Below are positions 29,645-38,974 of a DNA stretch of 64,000 nt, piece by piece. Numbering within the stretch: position 1 is the first letter of the stretch; each line of letters starts with the position of its first letter. The notes under the pieces are model-generated. The model ran no database searches. It worked only from the letters and a program-made list of their open reading frames with translations, and had not been told where the DNA came from. A program made the translations under genes and the position numbers. Location: IMG/VR virus record IMGVR_UViG_3300031994_005355; one strand, given 5' to 3'. Origin of the DNA: a virus. Lineage: Duplodnaviria; Heunggongvirae; Uroviricota; Caudoviricetes.

Positions 29645-29782
29645 GCTGTGGTGGCGGAAAAGGTAGACGCTTATTCTAATAAGGAAAGTTACGACACATT
29701 GCCTCTTTTATTAGGGGCCTGAAGTATGACCGTTGGAATACTTTTCATGCGAGGTGACAGAAATACAAATCCTCGTCCACAG
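29645..29782 (+). ncRNA. non-canonical tRNA-like RNA X1
   Basis: Canonical tRNA 5-prime half (acceptor gctgtgg, U8, D-arm gcg-gaaaaGGtaga-cgc with A14/G18G19/A21), ~80-nt variable insert, conserved 3-prime module atgcgaggtgacagaaatacaaatcctcgtc (6-bp stem, 16-nt loop) then acceptor complement ccacagt; paralog of X2. Confidence 0.4.
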
Positions 29783-29801
29783 TGATTTTGAAAGGTAAGT
29801 A

Positions 29802-30395
29802 ATGAAGCATATAATAAAATGTATAGTAACATTACTGTTACTTGTAATAGTAAATACGACCAGTTGCTTTGCAGCAACTAAATATAGAGTTTCTTTTCCT
29901 AAAGACTACAATGTTCTTCTAGTAGGGGACTCTCGGACTGTCGGAACAATGAAGACAGTTGATGTTGATAACATAGCCTACGTATGTGAGGTAGGTCAAG
30001 GTTATAAATGGCTGAACAATAAAGCTCAATATGATATTATTCAAAAAACAAAACCAGGTACAAAAGTTGTTTTTAACCTTGGTGTTAATGATGTGAGTAA
30101 TAAAGAATGGTACAAGCACATGTATAATTACTTAGCAAGGACACTACAAGATAGAGGTTGTCTAGTGTATTTCGAAACTGTTAATCCAGTATCGGAGAAA
30201 TGCAATCACCCATCAAATAAGGACATTGATGAATTCAATAGTTACATGTTCAAGTATCTTGAAGGTGTATCATTTATCAACACAAATGACTACTTGAAGA
30301 ATAACGGTTATGAAACAGTTGACGGTCTACACTACACCGAGGATACAACACAAAAGACATTTGACTATGTCAGTGAAGTGCTTGCACTCGAGTAA
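29802..30395 (+). CDS. secreted SGNH/GDSL-family hydrolase (esterase/lipase-like)
   Basis: Signal peptide; block I LLVGDSRTVG (GDS), block III LGVNDV, block V DGLHYT. Confidence 0.65.
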   Translation: MKHIIKCIVTLLLLVIVNTTSCFAATKYRVSFPKDYNVLLVGDSRTVGTMKTVDVDNIAYVCEVGQGYKWLNNKAQYDIIQKTKPGTKVVFNLGVNDVSNKEWYKHMYNYLARTLQDRGCLVYFETVNPVSEKCNHPSNKDIDEFNSYMFKYLEGVSFINTNDYLKNNGYETVDGLHYTEDTTQKTFDYVSEVLALE

Positions 30396-30415
30396 CTGTA
30401 GAGATAAGTGGAGGT

Positions 30416-30640
30416 GTGCCTATGGATAAGAAAGAACTGTATAAAGAGAACCTTCTACGTGAATATCGTAGTATGTTCAGAGCTCTTTGCCGTATGACAT
30501 CTTACTATGAGAAACTCACTACAGACGGTTTTGTATTAAATGATGAAGATAAAACGTTTATAAATACAGTTATAGATAAAACTGAAAATCATTTCATTAA
30601 ACGAATAAATAATTGGGTATCTAAAGGAAGGCTAAAATAA
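30416..30640 (+). CDS. small protein translationally coupled to downstream nucleotidyltransferase
   Basis: 74 aa; stop TAA overlaps next ATG (TAATG). Confidence 0.4.
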   Translation: MPMDKKELYKENLLREYRSMFRALCRMTSYYEKLTTDGFVLNDEDKTFINTVIDKTENHFIKRINNWVSKGRLK

Positions 30641-31134
30641 TGACATATAGAGGTGAAATTGTAGGTGCACTTAATAGAGTTAATAATCTACTAAAAGGTC
30701 ATAATTTATATGCTGATTTAACTATAGTTGGTGGTTCAGCATTAATATTGAATGGTATAAACTCTATAGAAACTATTGATATTGATACTTGTAATACGTT
30801 AAGTAGAGAAGTTAAAGAAATATTTGAAGATTGTTCAGTAGATATAAATGATGATGCAAGAGAATATGAAAGTAATTATGAAGGTTTAGATTTTATAGAA
30901 CCAGACTGGTTACAGTTCAGTAATATCACGACACGTTATTTAGACATTGGCGGTGTTGTAGTAACAAAAATGAAAGATACAAATCCGGATAAATTGAACA
31001 ATCTAGCTTATGTTTTGAACGAAGAATTGGGTGTAGATTTAACTGTTGATTCTATCAGCAAATGGTTTGAAGATCAAAATGTAGATTATGATACTACTGA
31101 TATAGAAAACTTTTTGACTGAAATTGATTACTAA
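30640..31134 (+). CDS. nucleotidyltransferase-fold (Pol-beta-like/MNT-like) protein
   Basis: IVGGSALILNGINSIETIDID matches hG[GS]x9-13DxD NTase motif. Confidence 0.5.
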   Translation: MTYRGEIVGALNRVNNLLKGHNLYADLTIVGGSALILNGINSIETIDIDTCNTLSREVKEIFEDCSVDINDDAREYESNYEGLDFIEPDWLQFSNITTRYLDIGGVVVTKMKDTNPDKLNNLAYVLNEELGVDLTVDSISKWFEDQNVDYDTTDIENFLTEIDY

Positions 31135-31348
31135 AAATCAAATATGTGGGTAGAAACTTATAATGGGAGGATGTTATGAGCACAAAATATGATGAAATAA
31201 GAGTATGCAAGTGTGCAGTATGTGGTAAAGACTACGAAGTTAAGATAGTCGACAACAATAAAATATGTGATACACTTCTAAAACAGATCACTCTAAATAT
31301 GTGTGATAAGTGCTTCACAGATTATCTACTTAAGGTGGAGGACGCTAA

Positions 31349-31693
31349 ATGATTACAGTACTTTCAGTCTTCTGGTACTACAAGGATAAATTCTACGGGG
31401 TAGAAGCACCAATGCAATCAAAACATGCAATAGCATATGGTGACTACTTACAGTTAGACTATGATCATATAAATATTTGGGACAAAGCAAAACGTGATAT
31501 GGGAATACGAGATTCTTTCGTTGATTATATACATGTACCGAGAGGTCGTATTCTTTTTCACATACCCACACATCATTATATAGTTATTGGATCAAAAGCA
31601 ATAATAAATAATGAAAAAGTAAAAGACGCTTTATTACGTTGGTACAATCTGCCTGCTAATACAGAGTTTCGTGGTGATGAACACTATGGTTGA
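31349..31693 (+). CDS. hypothetical protein
   Basis: ORF track. Confidence 0.45.
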   Translation: MITVLSVFWYYKDKFYGVEAPMQSKHAIAYGDYLQLDYDHINIWDKAKRDMGIRDSFVDYIHVPRGRILFHIPTHHYIVIGSKAIINNEKVKDALLRWYNLPANTEFRGDEHYG

Positions 31694-31825
31694 AAGGAGC
31701 TATAAATGAAACAAACACAAAATGTAAAATATCCATGTAGAAACTGCATATATTTCAGTCAGTGTGGAGATAATCAACGCACAAAACCTTGTGCAGGAAG
31801 AAAAACTAAAACTGGGAGATAATTT

Positions 31826-32161
31826 ATGTTCACTCATAGTATATCCATAATAACAGTCATCTTACTAGTAGTTCTTGTGTGTATTACCTGCTCATTTATA
31901 AAAACTGGTATTCAGGATAGGGATATTTTTGCATTAGGAGCAGCTTCTATTTTCATAACTATAATCATATTAATTGCACGCTGGCATATCAATACAGACA
32001 GTGCATATGAAGAATATATAACTGATTTATCTAATAAAATACAATCAAATGAATATCAGATTTATTATGACAATGTTCTTATAAGTGCTAATGATATAAC
32101 TGATATTGAAAAGTATAAAGCCGAGGTATTTGATGATTCACATAAAATAGTTTTGCATTAG
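31826..32161 (+). CDS. membrane protein (paralog of 21666..21995)
   Basis: Shared C-terminal block. Confidence 0.5.
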   Translation: MFTHSISIITVILLVVLVCITCSFIKTGIQDRDIFALGAASIFITIIILIARWHINTDSAYEEYITDLSNKIQSNEYQIYYDNVLISANDITDIEKYKAEVFDDSHKIVLH

Positions 32162-32175
32162 AAAGAAGGTACACT

Positions 32176-32859
32176 ATGTATGATGAATTAGCACACATTG
32201 AACGTATTTATGGTTCAGTTGCTGAGTATAACCGTGTAAAAGAGGAAGAAGCTTATAGTAATTACGAACCTTCACAAACAGAACTTATAGAAGAAGAGAT
32301 ACAACATAAAGTCTATAATAAGAAAATTGAATTACTAAATGGAACACCAAGTGAATTAGCACAACAGATAAAAGAAAAAATAAAGAATAAACGTCCAAAA
32401 CAGGCAGGTGAATTCTGGTCAAGTGCAGATCACTACAATGCCTGCCAGTATGATAGAAAAGTGAAATTCCTAGTTTTAAAAGAACTATGTGACGTGTATG
32501 GAGCAACTTTCTCTAACGATAAGAATTATTTTGCAACTGCACCTGGGACTTTTGGATTTGCACTGGAGTACGAAAAAGATTCACGTATATTGACTTTATC
32601 TGTGAAGGATTTAGACTACGAAACTTTTAAGAAACTTTACAGAGATATACAACACATTTTCACTTGGGTTTCAGTATGTTATAGAGATGAGAGTAATAAT
32701 TCACACCTTGTATCTAATACAAGTTTAGGTGGTTTACGTATTGCAGATTTTAAATGGTGGGGATTAGAAACTGTAGAAAACTTAAATAAAGAACTTACTA
32801 ATTTAGGATTTAATGAAGAGAACTATATTGAGCAACTCAGAAAGGAACTACATGAATAA
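32176..32859 (+). CDS. hypothetical protein
   Basis: ORF track. Confidence 0.5.
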   Translation: MYDELAHIERIYGSVAEYNRVKEEEAYSNYEPSQTELIEEEIQHKVYNKKIELLNGTPSELAQQIKEKIKNKRPKQAGEFWSSADHYNACQYDRKVKFLVLKELCDVYGATFSNDKNYFATAPGTFGFALEYEKDSRILTLSVKDLDYETFKKLYRDIQHIFTWVSVCYRDESNNSHLVSNTSLGGLRIADFKWWGLETVENLNKELTNLGFNEENYIEQLRKELHE

Positions 32860-33265
32860 ACCTATTACAGTTCGTTGGAAAAGTGAATTATCTAATATAG
32901 GCGAACATATGATACCTAATAGTGGTTTATGGTACACACAGGACTTTGGAAATAAATGTATACATTACTATGATATTCACGGCAATTATAAACATGCTAA
33001 TCCATATAAACCTGAAGAAATACAACTGATGCCAAACTCTGGGATTGAGTTAGAAATGACTGCCGCAAAAGAAACAAGTAGTATAAAATTATTTCTAACT
33101 AACACTGGATGGGAAATTCATAGTATAGGATTAAAGTACAATCACATAATTCTTTACTACAAGCCTACTACAGATATAGAATTAGTATTAAGTTCTGATG
33201 AACAGTTAAATGACAAACAGGTTGACTGGAATTTAATGGTCTATGAAACTATTGAAAGAAGGTGA
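32852..33265 (+). CDS. hypothetical protein
   Basis: ATG at M14 of track ORF 32813; ATGA overlap with upstream stop. Confidence 0.45.
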   Translation: MNKPITVRWKSELSNIGEHMIPNSGLWYTQDFGNKCIHYYDIHGNYKHANPYKPEEIQLMPNSGIELEMTAAKETSSIKLFLTNTGWEIHSIGLKYNHIILYYKPTTDIELVLSSDEQLNDKQVDWNLMVYETIERR

Positions 33266-33306
33266 TGCAGTTTATCACAAGTAAGATTTGAGCATGTATA
33301 TGAAAT

Positions 33307-33427
33307 ACTTGGGTGACGGAATAGGTAGACGTTTTAAGGTCAAAAGTAAAGTTCCAGTGTTGAGAACGCACAATGAAACTAGGGCTGACTATGCGAGGTG
33401 ACAGAAATGCAAATCCTCGCCCCAAGT
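33307..33427 (+). ncRNA. non-canonical tRNA-like RNA X2 (immediately upstream of tmRNA)
   Basis: acceptor acttggg/cccaagt, D-arm acg-gaataGGtaga-cgt, variable ~60 nt, conserved module atgcgaggtgacagaaatgcaaatcctcgcc; acceptor stems of X1 and X2 differ but both pair (covariation). Confidence 0.4.
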
Positions 33428-33431
33428 ATAA

Positions 33432-33810
33432 GGGCCTGTACTGGTTTCGACGGGGATATAAAAGTACAACTTGCATCGGGTGGTCACCTATAACCAACTT
33501 AAATACAGACGCTAAGCCTGTAGCTATGGCTGCTTAATCTTAAGATTAAGTAGTTCCGACTTGTTCGGCTCTGTTAGAGATGTTGCACACTAACTCAACT
33601 CTACAGTGACTAAAGTAATTACGTGTGATGTCGGCAACTCAACAAGCGTGAGATACAGTCAATCCGATGAAACTGTGATATCGCTAACCCTATCGGTAAT
33701 GGTTTGTTGTATGCCTAGTAACAAGGGTAAATGTTACTGAAATATGAATAAGATGTAGATGGTTGTATGACTAGTATTTTCGGACAGGGGTTCGACTCCC
33801 CTCAGGTCCA
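33432..33810 (+). ncRNA. ssrA: tmRNA (ssrA)
   Basis: 5-prime GGGCCUGUACUGGUUUCGACGGGG matches tmRNA 5-prime consensus; 3-prime T-arm aggggttcgactcccct and acceptor caggtcc pairing with 5-prime gggcctg; internal ACUUAAAUA followed by frame ...D A K P V A M A A TAA (tag-like); terminal CTA instead of CCA. Confidence 0.75.
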
Positions 33811-33826
33811 CTACAAGGAGGAAGCT

Positions 33827-34201
33827 ATGAATATTAAGAAAAATTATACATATTTATTTGTTAGATTTATGTCATCAGATGCACTACTGGCATTCCTAGA
33901 TAGAATGCCTAATAGCGTTCAAGGAAATATGCAATATGACGACATTACAGATTCATATGTCTTTGCAGTAAAAGGATACCTACGTGTAGGTAATGCTATA
34001 AACAGTAATGTTGTACGGTTTTATACAACAGCATGTGACTATGGTAATATAGTTATGATAGATGATTCTATTGGATATAATATAGGTTACATAAAACACA
34101 TGTTTAAAGTACCGCATAATAATCTGTTTGATGAAGTTAATCGCACAATATTACTGACTCAGAAAATGTTTGAAATGTTGAAACGACATTCTGAGAATTA
34201 A
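33827..34201 (+). CDS. hypothetical protein
   Basis: ATG 33827 (M21 of track ORF) after AAGGAGG that lies just 3-prime of tmRNA. Confidence 0.45.
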   Translation: MNIKKNYTYLFVRFMSSDALLAFLDRMPNSVQGNMQYDDITDSYVFAVKGYLRVGNAINSNVVRFYTTACDYGNIVMIDDSIGYNIGYIKHMFKVPHNNLFDEVNRTILLTQKMFEMLKRHSEN

Positions 34202-34338
34202 AAATACTACAAAATTTTTATAAGTCAGTCATATACATATGAAAGTGAAATAAATATTTGGGGTAGAAGTTGTAACAAAATAAAATAACAGAAAGGAGTA
34301 AGTAACTAAACAATTTGTAAATACTTTGAAAGGAAGTG

Positions 34339-34641
34339 ATGAAAATGAAAGCAATTTGCCCTTTTTGTAAGAAAGAATTTGAGTATGATTATGACAGCAC
34401 AATAATACAGGCAGCTGCTGAGCGTAATGAAAACAAAGGTGCTTGGATGAAGTTACCTGCATATGTTCGTGAAGTATTCATGACAGGTATGTGTTATGGA
34501 TGTCAGAGTATGACATTCCATGTAAGCACACCTGGATTTGATTTAGGGGAGCCTCTGGGTAATTGTCCATGTTGTGATACACCTTTCTATAAAGGTGAGA
34601 CTGTTTGTAGTTGTTGTCATGAAGATTTGCCGGAAGTCTAA
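34339..34641 (+). CDS. cysteine-rich zinc-binding protein
   Basis: CPFCKK...CYGCQ...CPCCDT...CSCCH. Confidence 0.45.
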   Translation: MKMKAICPFCKKEFEYDYDSTIIQAAAERNENKGAWMKLPAYVREVFMTGMCYGCQSMTFHVSTPGFDLGEPLGNCPCCDTPFYKGETVCSCCHEDLPEV

Positions 34642-34662
34642 TTAAGAAGGGAGAAATGTGTT

Positions 34663-35259
34663 ATGGAGTATGCAGAATTAGAGAAAGTTGTAGATGAGGA
34701 TATAAGGCAGAAGCGTAATTTGGTTCTGCCTTTTAAGTTGTTATATTACATCCTTGGAAATCCAAAGAGGTATGCCAACTATGTATCTGATGCTTATACC
34801 GAGCTTGATAAGTTGAAGATAGATACTGATGTGAATGAATTTGCATATCATATGAATTATCCAAAAGATGCTGGAGATGAAGTCGCAGAGTCTTTGTATA
34901 AAGTATTCTACCGTAACTATTCCTGGCATTATGCACATATATTACAGGATACATTTCAACGGGGTTCAGTGTGCTTAGCATATCCTAAAAACCATTGGGT
35001 CTGGATGGACGTGAATGGTGTATGCGTAGACGCACTTGGTACTTTTCATATGTCAACGAATCCTGTGTTAATGTTCATACCTGAACACTATTTAGGAAAC
35101 TTCACAGATGTGTGTAAAATGGTTAAGTCTTTTGATGAACCTAACTACTCAACTGAATATTTGTTGAGACTTGGTAAAACATTTACTCATGACATGGGCT
35201 ATGAGTATAATGAAGAAGACATAATCAAAGCCATTAACACACCTCTGGAGGTTGAATAA
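34663..35259 (+). CDS. hypothetical protein (paralog of 24924..25361)
   Basis: See 24924 entry. Confidence 0.5.
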   Translation: MEYAELEKVVDEDIRQKRNLVLPFKLLYYILGNPKRYANYVSDAYTELDKLKIDTDVNEFAYHMNYPKDAGDEVAESLYKVFYRNYSWHYAHILQDTFQRGSVCLAYPKNHWVWMDVNGVCVDALGTFHMSTNPVLMFIPEHYLGNFTDVCKMVKSFDEPNYSTEYLLRLGKTFTHDMGYEYNEEDIIKAINTPLEVE

Positions 35260-35465
35260 TGATTGAAGTTTACACTGTAAAAGTTAATATACAGAGGGGT
35301 GGTAATATCACCCCTCATGTACTGACTATGTCAGCAGACGCACGTGATGTAATTCCTTATAAAGTAAAAGAGTGGTTACGAGCTACGCAAATCTGTAGAG
35401 GTTATCATATTAAGGACTACAAGATTTTACACAAAGAACGTCCAAAAGAGGAAAGGTTACTATGA
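35259..35465 (+). CDS. hypothetical small protein
   Basis: ORF track; ATGA-type overlap. Confidence 0.35.
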   Translation: MIEVYTVKVNIQRGGNITPHVLTMSADARDVIPYKVKEWLRATQICRGYHIKDYKILHKERPKEERLL

Positions 35466-35944
35466 ATAATGATACTCTAACATTTGACGAACTTATTGAA
35501 GACAGTGTTTTTAATAAGTTAGTTAAAAATATAGGAAATGTGAAACTTGAAGATATAACTGCAATTCTGGATATATCTAATGAGATTATATTTGCAATTA
35601 TTGAAATGGACAATAATGTAAGTTATATCGCACATCATAAAGATAAGCAGTTCATATCACATATTCCAATGGATTACAAGACCTTTATGCTTACAGTATA
35701 TCAGGACTTTGGTTTTCCAACCGCGGAGGAATGGCTCAGCAATAATGTATATAAAATAATACCTTATCATATGTACAACGAGTCAATGATATTTGACGTA
35801 TGTAATATACTAGACAATGAAATAACTCCAATCAATGTTCGTATGCTAAACGCATTACGGATATTAGAAATCTATAAGTTATTCGATAAAACAAGTCCTC
35901 ACATATCATATGTAAAACGATTGTGTACTGAAATGGAGGTATGA
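35462..35944 (+). CDS. hypothetical protein
   Basis: ORF track. Confidence 0.45.
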   Translation: MNNDTLTFDELIEDSVFNKLVKNIGNVKLEDITAILDISNEIIFAIIEMDNNVSYIAHHKDKQFISHIPMDYKTFMLTVYQDFGFPTAEEWLSNNVYKIIPYHMYNESMIFDVCNILDNEITPINVRMLNALRILEIYKLFDKTSPHISYVKRLCTEMEV

Positions 35945-36130
35945 ATGTTGATGAATGAAAAAGACTTAGAGAAAGTTACAGGTGGTGTACTAGGAAAGAA
36001 TAATAAGTCTGAGTTATTAAAGAAGCGTGACGACTTAAAGGAAAGACTCAAATATCAGAGTTACACCAAAGAGATACAGAAAGATCTTGAAGACCAGTTA
36101 AGAGAGGTTGAAGAGCAACTAAAAGGATAA
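35945..36130 (+). CDS. small coiled-coil protein
   Basis: ORF track; charged heptad-like sequence. Confidence 0.35.
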   Translation: MLMNEKDLEKVTGGVLGKNNKSELLKKRDDLKERLKYQSYTKEIQKDLEDQLREVEEQLKG

Positions 36131-36133
36131 CAT

Positions 36134-36649
36134 ATGTATAAATTTAAGTTACTTTTAATTGCTTTGCTTGCTTGCTTATTCTGCACTGCTTGTTCAAAAA
36201 CGTATGACTTAGATATAAGTGATACACAAACAATTAAAGTATCTGTCCCTAGTTCATATAAAGACTGTATAAAAGTTGATGAAATAAATTGTGGTCTGGA
36301 TTATACTCCTAATGTTGAGTATGCAGATACAACTTCATTGTACTTTCTAAAAGATGCAAATAGTATGATGAATACCCCAGAGTCATGGAAACTTGGTCAC
36401 TACAAAGAAATGTGTGGAATGCACGGAATAGCATTTATGGACAGTGAAGCAAGTCTAGAGTCTGCGGATTATGATGCTTTCAATTTTCAGGCTTATATTC
36501 CGGGATATGGTGGAAACATAATTTTATGGTATTTTGGAAAAGAAGCCGAAGTGAAAAAACTTGCAAGCAAAGTTAAGATAAAGGTTGAGAATCATGAGAG
36601 CAAAGTTAAAACTAATACTAATAAGTCTACTGACACTAATACTAATTAG
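36134..36649 (+). CDS. lipoprotein
   Basis: Signal peptide with lipobox (LFCTAC). Confidence 0.5.
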   Translation: MYKFKLLLIALLACLFCTACSKTYDLDISDTQTIKVSVPSSYKDCIKVDEINCGLDYTPNVEYADTTSLYFLKDANSMMNTPESWKLGHYKEMCGMHGIAFMDSEASLESADYDAFNFQAYIPGYGGNIILWYFGKEAEVKKLASKVKIKVENHESKVKTNTNKSTDTNTN

Positions 36650-37496
36650 TGCGTGTGGTTCAGATAATGAAGTTTACTCATATAGTGGACCTATTGTAAA
36701 TACTAAAGGTGGAATTAGTAGTACGCCTAATAATGTTATTGCAGATGAAACATTTGAATTAGATGCTATACCTGGAATAACATACATATGTGACAAGGAG
36801 AATTTACATCTATATTTAGATGTAGTAAGAATTTCCTCAGAACAAATATACTGCAACGGTGGTGCTTATCATTTTGATAAGTTTGTAAATTCAATGATGA
36901 TAAAGCACCTACTTACAAAAGGAGATGATGGTAATTATCATTCTTCAGATGGTAAATTTACTGTAAGATTTAGTACTAATCGATTATCTACGATTGATAA
37001 ACGTAATACGTCTTTAATGCCATTTGAAGGTATTTTCAAACCAATTGAAAATGTTGTTGATAAAAAGAAAAACACAGAAGATGATATAGTAGACAACACT
37101 GAAGAAGTTGTAGATGATACATTAGGAGAAGAAGAAGAAGTATCTGAAGATCAGACTGCGAATGTTGAGTTCACAGATAGAGAAGGATATACTTCAATAC
37201 GTAATGGAAGTGACTTCTTAAGCTTCACAAGCCAACCTACTAATGAACATCAGTATGTCAGAATATGTGGAAAGTTCATACAGAATATTGATAATAATGG
37301 TATGGAATTCCGAACACTAGATGGTAAAACATTTTATGTATTTGGTGGACAATATACTTCAGATGATAAATCTACAGTAATACTAGATCTTGAATTTAGA
37401 GGTATAAACCCTAAATATAATGGACATGTATTTGACACAGATTCAATTTGCTTCAACTTAGATAAAATGTATCATCAAGGAGACAGTAATGATTAA
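36594..37496 (+). CDS. lipoprotein
   Basis: ATG at M4 of track ORF; LISAC lipobox. Confidence 0.5.
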   Translation: MRAKLKLILISLLTLILISACGSDNEVYSYSGPIVNTKGGISSTPNNVIADETFELDAIPGITYICDKENLHLYLDVVRISSEQIYCNGGAYHFDKFVNSMMIKHLLTKGDDGNYHSSDGKFTVRFSTNRLSTIDKRNTSLMPFEGIFKPIENVVDKKKNTEDDIVDNTEEVVDDTLGEEEEVSEDQTANVEFTDREGYTSIRNGSDFLSFTSQPTNEHQYVRICGKFIQNIDNNGMEFRTLDGKTFYVFGGQYTSDDKSTVILDLEFRGINPKYNGHVFDTDSICFNLDKMYHQGDSND

Positions 37497-38931
37497 ACCG
37501 GATATCGATACTTTCTGTGATAAGTTTGGACTAACTAATATAAATAAAGATAGTCTAAACACAAAAGAATTTGTAGATAACTTGCCTATCATTTGTGAAG
37601 AGTATGCTAAATACTTGAAGACATTACCTACAATAAATGATATTGTGAAAACTATTTTCACTAATTCAAATGCCTGCCCTGACTCACGTATAAAAAATTA
37701 TGAGTTAGGCTTTTTAGCTGCTGCAGAGTATGCATTCGCAACATTGAACAACGTTGATACTACAAATATTATATCTTTTAAAGAAAGTCCTGAAATACTA
37801 TCAGGATTGACTTTAGCAACTAGAGAAAACTTTGTAGTAGATAAAGATCACACTCTTATCTTCATACATGGAGATGTTGAAATAACTTCAGCAATTCCAA
37901 TAAATATAACAGATAATGTAAAGAGTATCCTTATATACGGAAATGGTACTCTAACATTAAATTGTAAAGAAAATCAGCAGCCATGTATAGGAAGTCTTAC
38001 ACATACTGGTATGTCATTTGGACGTTGGTCACCTATACCTTGTAGTTTACAGACGATCTACATACGTGGCAATGTTACAGTCAAGTGTAATAGTCTGGAA
38101 GAGAACTTCTCTATTGGAGCATATGGTTATGAAGAATATCCGGAAATAGATTTAGGAAAACGTGCAAGCATAATATGTCCAGAGGCTACTGGACGTAGAA
38201 TGCCTAGATATCTTCCTGAACCTCCATCTGGGTCAACCAAAATAAGTGAAAGTGCTTCATACATTATAGTTGATGATATAAGTAAACTGGATGATGAAGA
38301 CTTAATTCCAGATGAAATAAAAAAGATACGAGATGACTTCCCTGAGAAGTATAGACATCTATTCAAATATAACACACCTTATAGGCGAGCATCAAAAGCA
38401 GCAAAACTATACGACATGTATGGAGATGATATTGATATAGAGCCCATACTGAGATGTAAAGATTCGGCTGTCGGAACTGCCGCTGCAATATTACACATTG
38501 ATGCAAAAGATGTGAAAAATATGAACGAAGCTCAGTTCGAGTTGCTCACAAGAAAATGTGATGTACTAAAAAATTACATAGTAGATAATATATATTCAGA
38601 AGATGAAATAATAGTAAAACTGTTTTATACAGTAATACTTTTCATCATAACGAATTGTTATCTTACACCCTATGTAATAAGATTCTGTTATGAAATGATA
38701 CCTGCTTACTGTTTCTGTTTTAACTCAAGTGATTCAATCACTAAAAATGTAACCAAGTATCTAGAAGCAACTTCTGCTGAAACAACGCCATATTCGTTCT
38801 CTCATTTATTTGTAGATGAACGCAAGTTCTTTAAGGATAAGAACTTACCTACAAACTCTACTTTTACACAACCTTATAATGATCTTGATGTTCAAGAATT
38901 ATATGAGAAGGCTCTTGAACTAATAAGATAA
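37489..38931 (+). CDS. hypothetical protein (480 aa)
   Basis: ORF track. Confidence 0.5.
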   Translation: MIKPDIDTFCDKFGLTNINKDSLNTKEFVDNLPIICEEYAKYLKTLPTINDIVKTIFTNSNACPDSRIKNYELGFLAAAEYAFATLNNVDTTNIISFKESPEILSGLTLATRENFVVDKDHTLIFIHGDVEITSAIPINITDNVKSILIYGNGTLTLNCKENQQPCIGSLTHTGMSFGRWSPIPCSLQTIYIRGNVTVKCNSLEENFSIGAYGYEEYPEIDLGKRASIICPEATGRRMPRYLPEPPSGSTKISESASYIIVDDISKLDDEDLIPDEIKKIRDDFPEKYRHLFKYNTPYRRASKAAKLYDMYGDDIDIEPILRCKDSAVGTAAAILHIDAKDVKNMNEAQFELLTRKCDVLKNYIVDNIYSEDEIIVKLFYTVILFIITNCYLTPYVIRFCYEMIPAYCFCFNSSDSITKNVTKYLEATSAETTPYSFSHLFVDERKFFKDKNLPTNSTFTQPYNDLDVQELYEKALELIR

Positions 38932-38974
38932 ACAACTAATTCATTTTCACTCTACATAATTAGGAGGTATTAAA

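Noticed and set aside
29690-29750. Similarity between X1 internal segment (taggggcctgaagtatgacc) and the tmRNA 5-prime end (taagggcctgtactggtttc)
   Set aside because: Only an 8-mer (gggcctg) plus scattered matches. Too weak to claim that X1 is a decayed tRNA-like/tmRNA junction, though it is worth a formal alignment.
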